Below, piece by piece: positions 1 to 14,000 of a stretch of 58,705 nucleotides of DNA (the stretch's first letter is position 1; every line of letters starts with the position of its first letter). A program made the translations under genes and the position numbers. The stretch spans positions 1 through 58,705 of the forward strand of contig JBHGNT010000182.1 of NCBI GenBank assembly GCA_043228905.1. The letters run 5' to 3'. The stretch comes from Azolla caroliniana (taxonomy: Eukaryota; Plantae; Polypodiophyta). The notes under the pieces were generated by a model. That model saw only the letters and a list, made by a program, of their open reading frames with translations. It was not told the origin of the DNA and did no database searches.

Positions 1-3000
1 AGCTAGTGTTGTTAGCATCGATTCGCATGTTTGAACACAAAAATCCGATATCACACGAGCCAGGTACTGACAATTTTAATTTAATGACGCGTTGTTCTCA
101 ACTCCCTCCTTTAGTTTACTAATTTCTTCATGTGTCTCGACTTGAGTTTCAAAATCTTGATTTTCTAATTCCATATCATAGCTAGTGCTGTTAGCTTCGA
201 CTCGCATGTTTGAACACAAAAATACGATATCACACGAGCCAGGTATGACAATTTTAATTTACTCACGCGCTCTTCTCAACTCCCTCCTCTAATTTACTAA
301 TTTGTTCATGTCTCTTGAACTGAGTTTCAAAATCTTGATTTTCTAATTCCATATCATAGCTAGTGTTGTTAGCTTCGATACGCATGTTTGAACACAAATA
401 TACGATATCAGACGATCCAGGTATTTTAATTTACTCACGCGCTCTTTTAAACTCCCTCCTCTAATTTACTAATTTCTTCATGTCTCTCGACCTGAGTTTC
501 AAAATCTTGATTTTTTAATTCCATATCATAGCTAGTGTTGGGAGATTCGATTCGCATGTTTGAATACAAAAATCTGATATCACACGAGCCAGGTACGAAC
601 ACTTTAATTTACTCACGCGCTCTTTTCAACTCCATCCTCTAATTTACTAATTTCTTCATGTCTCTCGACCACAGTTTCGAAATCTTGATTTTTTAATTCC
701 ATATCATAGCTGGCGTTGTTAGCTTCGATTCGCATGATGGAACACTAAAATCGGATATCACACAGGCCAGGTATTACAGTTTTCATTTACTCACGCGCTC
801 TTCTCAACTCCCTCCTCACTTTTGGTAATTTCTTCATGTCTCTCGACCTGAGTTTTAAAATCTTGATTTTTTAATTCCATTTCAGAGCTAGTGTTGTTAA
901 CTTCGATTCGCATGTTTGAACACAAAAATACTGGATCACACGAGCGAGGTATGAACATTTTAATTTACTCACGAGCTCTTCTCAACTCCCTCCTCAAATT
1001 TGCTAATTTCTTCATGTCTCGCGACTTGAATTTCAAATCTTGATTTTTTCATACCATATCATAGCTAGTGTTGTGAGCATCGATTCGCATGTTTGAACAC
1101 AAAAATCTGATATCACACGAGCTAGGTACTGACAATTTTAATTTAATGACGCGCTCTTCTCAACTCCCACCTTTGATTTACTAATTTCTTCATGTGTCTC
1201 GACTTGAGTTTCAAAATCTTGATTTTCTAATTCCATATCATAGCTAGTGTTTTTAGCTTCGACTCGCATGTTTGAACACTAAAATCGGATATCACACGAG
1301 CCAGGTATGACAATTTTAATTTACTCACACGCTTTTCTCAACTCCCTCCTCTAAATTACTAATTTCTTCATGTCTCTTGACCTGAGTTTCAAAATCTTGA
1401 TTTTCTAATTCCATATCATAGCTAGTGTTGTTAGCTTCGATTCGCATGTTTGAACACAACAATCCGATATGACACGAGCCAGGTATGAACATTTTAATTT
1501 ACTCACGCGCTCTTTTCAACTCCCTCCTCTAATTTACTAATTTCTTCATGTCTCTCGACCTGAGTTTCAAAATCTTGATTTTCTAATTCCATATCATAGG
1601 TAGTGTTGTTAGCTTCGATTCGCATGTTTGAACACAACAATCGGATATCACACGAGCCAGGTATGAACATTTTAATTTACTCACGCGCTCTTTTCAACTC
1701 CCTCCTCTAATTTACTAATTTCTTCATGTCTCTCGACCTGAGTTTCAAAATCTTGATTTTCTAATTCTATATCATAGGTAGTGTTGTTAGCTTTGATACG
1801 CATGTTTGAACACTAAAATCAGATATCACACGAGCCAGGTATGACAATTTTAATTTAATGACGCGCTCTTCTCAACTTTCTCCTCTAATTTGCTAATTTC
1901 TTCATGACTCTCGACCTGAGTTTCAAAATCTTGACTTTCTAATTCCATATCATAGCTAGTGTTGTTAGCTTCGATTCGCATGTTTGAACACAAAAATACG
2001 ATTTCATACGAGCCAGGTATGACAATTTTAATTTACTCACGCGCTCTTCTCAACTCCCTCCTCTAATTTGCTAATTTCGTCATGTCTCTTGACCTGAGTT
2101 TCAAAATCTTGATTTTTTAATTCCATATCATAGGTAGCGTTGTTAGCTTCGATTCGCATGATGGAACACTAAAATCGGATATCACACAGGCCAGGTATGA
2201 CAATTTTAATTTACTCACGCGCTCTTCTCAATTCCCTCCTCACTTTTGGTAATTTCTTCATGTCTCTCGACCTGAGTTTTAAAATCTTGATTTTTTAATT
2301 CCATATCATAGCTAGTGTTGTTAGAATCGATTCGCATGTTTGAACACAAAAATCCGATATCACACGAGCCAGGTATGACAATTTTAGTTTTTTTTAATTC
2401 CATATCATAGCTAGTGTTGTTAACTTCGATTCGCATGTTTGAACACAAAAATACTGGATCACACGAGCGAGGTATGAACATTTTAATTTACTCACGAGCC
2501 CTTCTCAACTCCCTCCTCAAATTTGCTAATTTCTTCATTTCTCGCGACCTGAGTTTCAAACCCTTGATTTTTTAATACCATATCATAGCTAGTGTTCTTA
2601 GAATCGATTCGCATGTTTGAACACAAAAATCCGATATCACATGTGCCAGGTACTGACAATTTTAATTCAATCACGCACTCTGCTCAACTCCCTCCTTTGA
2701 TTTACTAATTTCTTCATGTCTCTCGACTTGAGTTTCAAAATCTTGATTTTCTAATTTCATATCATAGCTAGTGTTGTTAGCTTCGACTCGCATGTTTGAA
2801 CACAAAAATAGGATATCACACGAGCGAGGTATGACAATTTTAATTTACTCACGCGCTCTTCCCAACTCCCTCCTCTAATTTGCTAATTTCGTCATGTCTC
2901 TCGACCTGAGTTTCAAAATCTTGATTTTTTAATTCCATATCATAGGTAGCGTTGTTAGCTTCGATTCGCATGATGGAACACTAAAATCGGATATCACACA

Positions 3001-6000
3001 GGCTAGGTATTATAGTTTTAATTTACTCACGCGCTCTTCTCAACTCCCTCCTCACTTTTGGTAATTTCTTCATGTCTCTCGACCTGAGTTTTAAAATCTT
3101 GATTTTTTAATTCCATATCATAGCTAGTGTTGTTAGAATCGATTCACATGTTTGAACACAAAAATCCGATATCACACGAGCCAGGTATGACAATTTTAAT
3201 TTTTTTTAATTCCATATCATAACTATTGTTGTTAACTTCGATTCGCATGTTTGAACACAAAAATACTGGATCACACGAGCGAGGTATGAACATTTTAATT
3301 TACTCACGAGCTCTTCTCAACTCCCTCCTCAAATTTGCTAATTTCTTCATGTCTCGCGACCTGAGTTTCAAAATCTTGATTTTTTCATACCATATCATAG
3401 CTAGTGTTGTTAGCATCGATTCGCATGTTTGAACACAAAAATCTGATATCACACGAGCCAGGTACTGACAATTTTAATTTAATGACGCGCTCTTCTCAAC
3501 TCCCTCCTCTAATTTACTAATTTCTTCATGTGTCTCGGCTTGAGTTTCAAAATCTTGATTTTCTAATTCCATATCATAGCTAGTGTTTTTAGCTTCGACT
3601 CGCATGTTTGAACACAAAAATACTGGATCACACGAGCGAGGTATGAACATTTTAATTTATGCACGAGCTCTTCTCAACTCCCTCCTCAAATTTGCTAATT
3701 TCTTCATGTCTCGCGACCTGAGTTTTAAAATCTTGATTTTTTAATACCATATCATAGCTAGTGTTGTTAGCATCGATCCGCATGTTTGAACACAAAAATC
3801 CGATATCACACGAGCCAGGTACTGACAATTTTAATTTAATGATGCGCTCTTCTCAACTCCCTCCTTTAATTAACTAATTTCTTCATGGCTGTGGACTTGA
3901 GTTTCAAAATCTTGATTTTCTAATTCCATATCATAGCTAGTGTTGTTAGCTTCGACTCGCATGTTTGAACACAAAAATACGATATCACACGAGCCAGGTA
4001 TGACAATTTTAAATTACTCACGCGCTCTTCTCAACTCCCTCCTCTAATTTACTAATTTCTTCATGTCTCTCGACCTGAGTTTCAAAATCTTGATTTTTTA
4101 ATTCCATATCATAGCTAGTGTTGGGAGATTCGATTCGCATGTTTGAACACAAAAATCCGATATCACACGAGCCAGGTACGAACATTTTAATTTACTCACG
4201 CGCTCTTGTCAACTCCATCCTCTAATTTGGTAATTTCTTCATGTCTCTCGACCACAGTTTCGAAATCTTGATTTTTTAATTCCATATCATAGCTAGCGTT
4301 GTTAGCTTCGATTCCCATGATGGAACACTAAAATCGGATATCACACAGGCCAGGTATTACAGTTTTAATTTACTCACGCGCTCTTCTCAACTCCCTCCTC
4401 ACTTTTGGTAATTTCTTCATGTCTCTCGACCTGAGTTTTAAAATCTTGATTTTTTAATTCCATATCATAGCTAGTGTTGTTAGCTTCGATTCGCATGTTT
4501 GAACACAAAATTCCGATATCACACGAGCCAGGTATGACAATTTTAATTTTTTTTAATTCCATATCATAGGTAGTGTTGTTAACTTCGATTCGCATGTTTG
4601 AACACAAAAATACTGGATCACACCAGCGAGGTATGAACATTTTAATTTACTCACGAGCTCTTCTCAACTCCCTCCTCAAATTTACTAATTTCTTCATTTC
4701 ACTCGACGTAGGTTTCAAAATCTTTATTTTTTAATTCCATATCATAGCTAGTGTTGTTAGCTTCGATTCGCATGTTTGAACACAAAAATCCAATATTACG
4801 CGAGCCAGGTATGAACATTTTAATTTATTCACGGGCTCTTCTCAACTCCCTCCTCAATTTTGCTAAGTTCGTCATGTCTCTTGACCTGAGTTTCAAAATC
4901 TTTATTTTTTAAATCCATATCATAGCTAGCGTTGTTAGCTTCGATTCGCATGTTTGAACAATAAAATCCGATATCACACGAGCCAGGTATGAACATTTTC
5001 ATTTCCTAACGGGCTCTTCTCCACTACCTCCTCAAATTTGCTAACTTCGTCATGTCTGTCGACCTGAGTTTCAAAATTATAATATTTCAACTCAATATCA
5101 TAGCTAGCGTTGTTAGCTTCGATTCGCATCTTTGAACAAAAAAATAGTGGATCACACGAGCCAGGTATGAACATTTTAATTTACTCACGAGCTCTTCTCA
5201 ACTCCCTCCTCGAATTTGCTAATTTCGTCATGTCTCTCGACCTGAGTTTCAAAATAATAATCTTTCAATTCAATATCATTGCTAGCGTTGTTAGCGTCGA
5301 GTAGCATCTTTGAACACAAAAATACTGCATCACACGAGCGAGGCATGAACATTTTAATTTACTCACGAGCTCTTCTCAACTCCCTCCTCAAATTTGCTAA
5401 TTTCTTCATGTCTCTCGACGTAGCTGTCAAAATCTTTATTTCTTAATTCCATATCATAGCTAGTATTGTTAGCTTCGATTCGCATGTTTGAACACAAATT
5501 TCCAATATCACACGGGCCAGGTATAAACATTTTAATTTACTCACGGGCTCTCCTCAACTCCCTCCTCAAATTTGCGAATTTCTTCATGTCTCTCGACCTG
5601 AGTTTCAAAATCTTGATTTTTTAAATCCATATCATAGCTAGCGTTGTTAACTTCGATTCGCATGTTTGAACACTAAAATCCGATATCACACGAGCCAGGT
5701 ATGGACATTTTCATTTCCGATACGGGCTCTTGTCCACTATCTCCTCAAATTTTCTAACTTCGTCATTTCTCTCGACCTGAGTTTCAAAATTATAATTTTT
5801 CATGTCAATATCATAGCTAGCGTTGTTAGCTTCGATTCGCATCTTTGAACAAAAAAATCCGGGATCACACGAGCCAGGTATGAACATTTTAATTTACTCA
5901 CGAGCTCTTCTCAAGTCCCTCTTCAAATTTGCTAATTTCTTCATGTCTCTCGACGTAGGTTTCAAAATCTTTATTTCTTAATTCCATATCATAGCTAGTG

Positions 6001-6765
6001 CTGTCTGCTTCGATTCGCATGTTTGAACACAAAAATCCGATATCACACGAGCCAGGTACTGACAAATTTAATTTTACTTACGCGCTCTTCTCAACTCCCT
6101 CCTCTAATTTACTAATTTCTTCATGTCTCTCGACCTGAGTTTCAAAATCTTGATTTTCTAATTCCATATCATAGCTAGCGTTGTTAACTTCGATTCGCAT
6201 GTTTAAACACTAAAATCCGATATCACACGAGCCAAGTATGAACATTTTCATTTCCTAACGGGCTCTTCTCCACTATCTCCTCAAATTTGCTAACTTCTTC
6301 ATCTCTCTCGACCTGAGTTTCAAAATCTTGATTTTCTAATTCAATATCATAGCTAGTGTTGTTAGCTTCGATTCGCATAGTTGGACACAAAAATCCAATA
6401 TCACATGGGCCAGGTATGAACAATTTAATTTACTCACGGGCTCTTCTCAACTCCCTCCTCAAATTTGCTAATTTCGTCATGTCTCTCGACCTAAGTTTCA
6501 AAATCTTTATTTTTTAATTCTATATCATATCTAGCGTTGTTATCTTCGATTCTCATGATTCAACACAAAAATCCGATATCACACGAACCATGTATGAACA
6601 TTTTAATTTACTCACGGGCTCTTCTCAACTCCCTCCTCAAATTTGCTAATTTCGTCATGTCTCTCGACCTGAGTTTCAAAATAATAATCTTTCAATTCAA
6701 TATCATTGCTAGCGTTGTTAGCGTCGAGTAGCATCTTCGAACACAAAAATCCAGGATCACACGAG
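1..6765 (+). repeat. 178-bp satellite, subfamily A (left block)
   Basis: GATATCACACGAGCCAGGTA recurs about every 178 bp. The diagnostic segment is CTCTTCTCAACTCCCTCCTC(T/A)AATTT(A/G)CTAATTTCTTCATG. A recurring ~100-bp truncated monomer occurs at ~2385, ~3198 and ~4545. Confidence 0.95.
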
Positions 6766-9700
6766 CTGAGTTTCAAAAACATGATTTTTTAATTCCATAT
6801 CATAGCTAACGTTGATACCTTCGATATGCATTGTTTGCACACAAAAATCCGATATGACATGAGCCAGGTATGAAGATTTAAATTTACTCACGCGCTCTTG
6901 TCTACGACCTCTTCAACTTTGCTTTTTTATTTATGTCTCTCGACTTGAGTTTAAAAATCATGATTTTATAATTCCATATAGCAAGTGTTGTTAGCTTCAA
7001 TTTCATTGTTTGAACACAAAAATCCGATATCACACGAGTCAGGTATGAAGCTTTTGATTTACTCGCGCGCTCTTGTGTCAGATCTCCTGAACTTGGCTTC
7101 TGTCTTCATGTCTCTCGACCTGAGTTTCGAAATCATGATTTTTTAATTCCATATCATAGCTAGCATTGTTAGCTTCGATTGGCATGTTTGAACACAAAAT
7201 CCTGATATTACACGAGCCAGGTATGAATGTTTTCATTTACTCACAAGCTCTTACGTACGACCTCTTCAACTTTGCTTTTTTCTTCATGTTTCTTGACCTG
7301 AATATCAAAATCGTGAATTTTTAACTCCATATCATACCTAGTGTTCTTAGCTTTGATTCGCATGTTTGAACACAAAAATCCGATATCACACAAGCCAGGT
7401 ATGAACATTTTCATTTACTTACGCGCTATTGTCTACGACCTTTTCAACATTGCTTTTCTGTTCATGTCTCTCAATTTAAGTTTAAAAATCATGATTTTCT
7501 AATTCCATATCATAGCTAGCGTTGTTAGCTTTGATTCGCATGTTTGAACACAAAAATCCGATATCACACAAGCTAGGTATGAACATTTTCATTTACTCAC
7601 ACGCTATTGTCTACGACCTTTTCAGCTTTGCTTTCTTGTTCATGTCTGTTGACCTGAGTTTCAAAATCATGATTTTTTAATTCCTTATCATAGCTAACGT
7701 TGATAGGTTCGATTCGCATTGTTTGAACACAAAAATCCGATATGACACGAGCCAGGTATGAAGGTTTTGATTTACTCACGCGCTCTTGTCTACGACCTCT
7801 TCAACTTTGCTTTTTTGTTCATGTCTCTCGACCTGAGTTTAAAAATCATGATTTTTTAATTCTATATCATAGCTAGAGTTGTTAGCTTCGATTACGTTTT
7901 TTGAACACAAAAATCCGATATCACACGAGCCAGGTATGAAGCTTTTCATTTACTCACGCGCTCGTGTGTAAGACCTCCTTAACTTGGCTTCTCTCTTCAT
8001 GTCTCTCGACCTGAGTTTCAAAATCATGAGTTTATAATTCCATATCATAGCTAGCGTTGTTAGCTTTGATTCGCATGTTTGAACTCAAAAATCCGGTATC
8101 ACGCGAGCCAGGTATGATTATTTTCATTTACTCACGCGCTATTGTCTACGACTTTTCCAACATTGCTTTATTGTTCATTTCTCTCAACTTAAGTTTAAAA
8201 ATCATGATTTTTTAATTCCATATCATAGCTAACGTTGATAGCTTCGATAGGCATTTTTGCACACAAAATTCCGATATGACACGAGCCACATATGAAGATT
8301 TTGATTTACTCACACGCTCTTGTCGACGACCTCTTCAACTTTGCGTTTTTGTTCATGTCTCTCGACCTAAATTTAAAAATGATAATTTTTTAATTCCATA
8401 TCATAGCTACAGTTGTTAGCTTCAATTTCATTGTTTGAACACAAAAATCCGATATCACACGATCCAGGTATGAAGCTTTTCATTTACTCACGCGCTCTTG
8501 TGTAAGATCTCCTCAACTTGGCTTCTCTCTTCATGTCTCTTGACCTGAGTTTCAAAATCATGATTTCTTAATTCCATATCATAGCTAGTGTTGTTAGCTT
8601 CGATTCGCATTTGGAACACAAAAATCCGATATCACACGAGCCAGGTATGAACATTTTCATTTACTCACTCGCTATTGTCTACGACCTTTTTAAATTTTCT
8701 TTTTTGTTGATGTCTGTTGACCTGAGTTTCAAAATCATGATTTTTTAATTCCATATCATAGCTAGAGTTGTTAACATCGATTTCATTGTTTGTACACAAA
8801 AATCCGATATGACACGAGCCAGGTATGAACCTTTTCATTTACTCTCGAGCTCTTGTCTACGAGCTCTTCAACTTTACTTTATTGTTCATGTCTCTTGACC
8901 TGAGTTTCAAAATCATGATTTCTTAATTCCATATCATAGCTAGTGTTATTAGCTTCGATTCGCATGTTTGAACACAAAAATCCGATATGACACGAGCCAG
9001 GTATGAAGCTTTTCATTTACTCACGCGGTCTTGTCTACGACCTCTTCAACATTGCTTTTTTCTTCATGTCTCTCGACCTGAGTTTAAAAATCATGATTTT
9101 TTAATTCCATATCATAGCTAGAGTTGCTAGCTTCGATTACGTTGTTTGACCACAAAAATCCGATATCACACGAGCCAGGTATGAAGCTTTTCATTTACTC
9201 ACGCGCTCTTGTGTAAGACCTCCTCAACTTGGCTTGCTTCTTCATGTCTCTCGACCTCAGTTTCAAAATCATGATTTTTTAAATCCATATCATAGCTAGC
9301 TTTGTTAGATTTGATTTGCATGTTTGAACACAAAAATCCGATATCACACGAGCCAGGTTTGAACATTTTCATTTACTCATGCGCTATTGTCTACGACCTT
9401 TTCAACTTTGCTTTTTTGTTGATGTCTGTTGACCTGAGTTTCAAAATCATGATTTTTTAATTCCATATCATAGCTAACCTTGATAGCTTCGATACGCATT
9501 GTTTGCACACAAAAATCCGATATGACACGAGCTACGTATGAAGATTTTGATTTAGTCACGCTCTCTTGTCTACGACCTCTTCAACTTTGCTTTTTTGTTC
9601 ATGTCTCTCGACCTGAGTTTAAAAATCATGATTTCTTAATTCCATATCATAGCTAGAGTTGTTAGCTTCAATTTCATTGTTTGAACACAAAAATCCGATA

Positions 9701-11088
9701 TCACACGATCTAGGTATGAAGCTTTTCATTTACTGACGCGCTCTTGTGTAAGATCTCCTCAACTTGGCTTCTCTCTTCATGTCTCTAGACTTGAGTTTCG
9801 AAATCATGATTTTCTAATTCCATATCATAGCTAGCGTTGTTAGCTTCGATTGGCATGTTTGAACACAAAATACCGATATCACACGAGCCAGGTATGAACG
9901 TTTTGATTTACTCACAAGTTCTTTCGTACGACCTCTTCAACTTTGCTTTTTTCTTCATGTCTCTCGACCTGAATTTTAAAATCATGAATTTTTAATTCCA
10001 TATCATACCTAGTGTTGTTAGCATTGATTCGCATGTTTGAACACAATCATCCGATATCACACAAGCCAGGTATGAACATTTTAATTTACTCACGCGCTAT
10101 TGTCTACGACCTTTTCAACATTGCTTTTCTGTTCATGTCTCTCAACTTAAGTTTCAAAATCATGATTTTTTAATTCCATATCATAGCTAACGTTGTTAGC
10201 TTCGATTCGCATGTTTCAACGCAAAAATCCGATATGACACGAGCCAGGTATGAAAATTTTGATTTACTCACGCGTTCTTGTCTACGACCTCTTCAACTTT
10301 GCTTTTTGGTTCATGTCTCTCGACCTGAGTTTAAAAATCATGATTTTATAATTCCATATCATAGCTAGAGTTGTTATCTTCGATTATGTTGTTTTAACAC
10401 AAAAATCCGATATCACACGAGCCAGGTATGAAGCTTTTCATTTACTCAAGCGCTTTTGTGTAAGACCTCCTCAACTTGGCTTCTCTCTTCATGTCTCTCG
10501 ACCTCAGTTTCGAAATCATGATTTTTTAAATCCATATCATAGCTAGCGTTGTTAGCTTTGATTCGCATGTTTGAACACAAAAATCCGATATCACACGAGC
10601 CAGGTTTGAACATTTTCATTTACTCACGCGCTATTGTCTACGACCTTTTGAACTTTGCTTTTTTGTTGATGTCTGTTGACCTGAGTTTCAAAATCACGAT
10701 TTTTTAATTCCATATTATAGGTAACGTTGATAGCTTCGATACGCATTGTTTGCACACAAAAATCTGATATCACACGAGCCACGTATGAAGATTTTCATTT
10801 ACTCATGCGCTATTGTCTACGACCATTTCAACTTTGCTTTTTTGTTCATGTCTCTCGACCTAAGTTCCAGATCATAGCTAGCGTTGTTAGCTTTCATTCG
10901 CATGTTTGAACACAAGAATCCGATATCACACGAGCTAGGTATGAACATTTTCATTTACTCACGCGCTATTGTCTACGACCTCCTCAACTTGGCTTCTCTC
11001 TTCATGTCTCTCGACCTGAGTTACAAAATCATGATTTTTTAATTCCATATCATATCTAACGTTGATAGCTTCGATTTGCATTGTTTTA
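6766..11088 (+). repeat. 178-bp satellite, subfamily B
   Basis: Same backbone, but the diagnostic segment is TTGTCTACGACCT(C/T)TTCAACTTTGCTTTTT with AAAATCATGATTTT. It starts abruptly at a deletion junction (CACGAGCTGAGTTTCAAAAAC, ~6760-6780). Confidence 0.9.
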
Positions 11089-14000
11089 AGTAGTCTATAA
11101 TCTAGAATTGACAAATCAAGATTTTGAATCTCAGGTCGAAAGATATGAAGAAAAAAACAAATTTGAGGAAGGCGTAGACAAGAGCTCCTCAGTGAATGGA
11201 AATGTTTATAGATAGCTCGTGTGATATCGGATTTTGGTGTTTGAACTTGCGAATCGAAGGTAACAAAGTCGTCTATAATATAGAATTGAAAAATCAAGAT
11301 TTTGAAACTCAGGTCGAGAGATATGAAGAAAAAAGCAAATTTGAGGAAGGCGTAGACAAGAGCTCCTCAATAAATTGAAATGTTTATAGATGGCTCGTGC
11401 GATAACGGATTTTGGTGTTTGAACTTGCGAATCGAAGGTAACGAACTAGTCTATAATATAGAATTGAAAAATCAAGATTTTGAAACTCAGGTCGAGAGAT
11501 ATGAAGAAAAAAACAAATTTGAGGAACGCGTAGACAAGAGCTCTTCAATAAAGGAAAATGTTCATAGATGGCTCGTGCAATATCGGATTTTACTGTTTGA
11601 ACTTGCGAATCGAAGGTAATGAAGTGGTCTATAATATAGAATTGAAAAATCAAGATTTTGAAATTCAGGTCGAGAGATATGAAGCAAAAAGAAAATTTGA
11701 GGAAGGTGTAGACAAGAGCTCCTCAGTGAATGGAAATTTTGAAACTTAGGTCGGGAGATATGAAGAAAACAGCAAATTTGAGGAAGGCGTAGACAAGAGC
11801 TCCTCAATAAATTGAAATGTTTATAAATGGCTCATGTGATATCGGATTTTGGTGTTTGAACTTGCGAATCGAAGGTAACGAAGTAGTATATAATCTAGAA
11901 TTGAAAAATCAAGATTTTGAATATCAGGTCGAGAGATATGAAGAAAAAAACAAATTTGAGGAAGGCGTAGACAAGAGCTCTTCAATAAAGGAAAATGTTC
12001 ATAGAAGGCGTAAACAAATTTGAGGAAGGTGTAGAGAATAGCTCCTCAGTGAATGGAAATGTTTAAAGATGGCTCTTCCGATATCGGATTTGGGTGTTTG
12101 AACTTGCGAATCGAAGGTAACGAAGTGGTCTATAATATACAATTGAAAAATCAAGATTTTAAAACTTAGGTCGAGAGATATGAAGAAAAAAGCAAATTTG
12201 AGGAAGGCGTAGACAACATCTCTTCAATAAATTGAAATGTTTATAGATGGCTCGTGTGATATCGGATTTTGGTGTTTGAACTTGCGAATCGCAGGTAACA
12301 AAGTAGTCTATTATAGATAATTGAAAAATCAAGATTTTGAAACTCAGGTCGAGAGATATAAAGAAAAAAGCAAATTTGAGGAAGGCGTAAACAAGAGCTC
12401 CTTAGTAAATGGAAATGTTTATAGATGGCTCGTGTGAGATCGGATTTTGGTGTTTGAACTTGCGAATCAAAGGTAACGAAGTAGTCCATTATAGATAATT
12501 GAAAAATCAAGAGTTTGAAACTCAGTTCGAGAGATATGAAGAAAAAAGCAAATTTGAGGAAGGCGTAGACAAGAGCTCCTCAGTGAAGGGAAATGTTTAT
12601 AGATGGCTCGTGTGATATCGGATTTGGGTGTTTGAACTTGCGAATCAAAGGTAACGAAGTGGTCTATAATATAGAATTGAAAAATGAAGATTTTGAAACT
12701 TAGGTCGAGAGATATGAAGAAAAAAGCAAATTTGAGGAAGGCGTAGACTAGAGCTCCTCAATAAATTGAAATGTTTATAAACGGCTCGTGCGATAACGGA
12801 TTTTGGTGTTTGAACTTGCGAATCTAAGGTAACAAAGTGGTCTATAATATAGAATTGAAAAATCAAGATTTCGAAACTCACGTCGAGACATATGAACAAA
12901 AAGCAAATTTGAGGAAGGCGTAGACAAGAGCTCCTCAATAAATTGAAATGTTTATAGATGGCTCGTGCGATTACAAATTTTAGTGTTTGAACTTGCGAAT
13001 CGAAGGTAAGGAAGTGGTCTATAATATAGAATTGAAAAATCAAGATTTTGAAACTCAAGTCGAAAGATATGAAGAAAAAAGCAAATTTGAGGAAGGCGTA
13101 GACAAGAGCTCCTCAGTGAATGGAAATGTTTATAGATGGCTCGTGCGATAACGGATTTTGGTGTTTGAACTTGCGAATCGAAGGTAACGAACTAGTCTAT
13201 AATATAGAATTGAAAAATCAAGATTTTGAAACTCAGGTCGAGAGATACGAAGAAAAAAACAAATTTGAGGAAGGCGTAGACAAGAGCTCTTCAATAAAGG
13301 AAAATGTTCATAGATGGCTCGTGCAATATCGGATTTGAGTGTTTGAAGTTGCGAATCGAAGGTAACGAAGTGGTCTATAATATAGAATTGAAAAATCAAG
13401 ATTTTGAAATTCAGGTCGAGAGATATGAAGCAATACGCAAATTTGAGGAAGGTGTAGACAAGAGCTCCTCAGTGAATGGAAATGTTTAAAGATGGCTCTA
13501 CTGATATCGGATTTGGGTGTTTGAACTTGCGAATCGAAGGTAACTAAGTGTTCTATAATATGAATTGAAAAATCAAGATTTTCAAACTCAGGTCGAGAGA
13601 TATGAAGAAAAAAGCAAATTTGAGGAAGGCGTAGACAAGAGCTCCTCAATAGATTGAAATGTTTATACATGGCTCGTGTGAGATCGGATTTTGGTGTTTG
13701 AACTTGCGAATCGCAGGTAACAAAGTAGTCTATTATAGATAATTGAAAAATCAAGATTTTGAAACTCAGGTCGAGAGATATAAAGAAAAAAGCAAATTTG
13801 AGGAAGGCGTAAACAAGAGCTCCTTAGTAAATGGAAATGTTTATAGATGGCCCGTGTGAGATCGGATTTTGGTGTTTGAACTTGCGAATCAAAGGTAACG
13901 AAGTAGTCCATTATAGATAATTGAAAAATCAAGAGTTTGAAACTCAGTTCGAGAGATATGAAGAAAAAAGCAAATTTGAGGAAGGCGTAGACAAGAGCTC

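Noticed and set aside
1-178. Identity with Arabidopsis thaliana CEN178/180 or primate alpha satellite
   Set aside because: Only the length is similar. I see no recognisable sequence match and no CENP-B box; a database search is needed to name the family.
1-178. Internal sub-repeat of the monomer (2 x 89 or 3 x 60 bp)
   Set aside because: Recurrent words (AAAATC, TCGA, CATGT) are not evenly spaced, so I cannot support it by eye.
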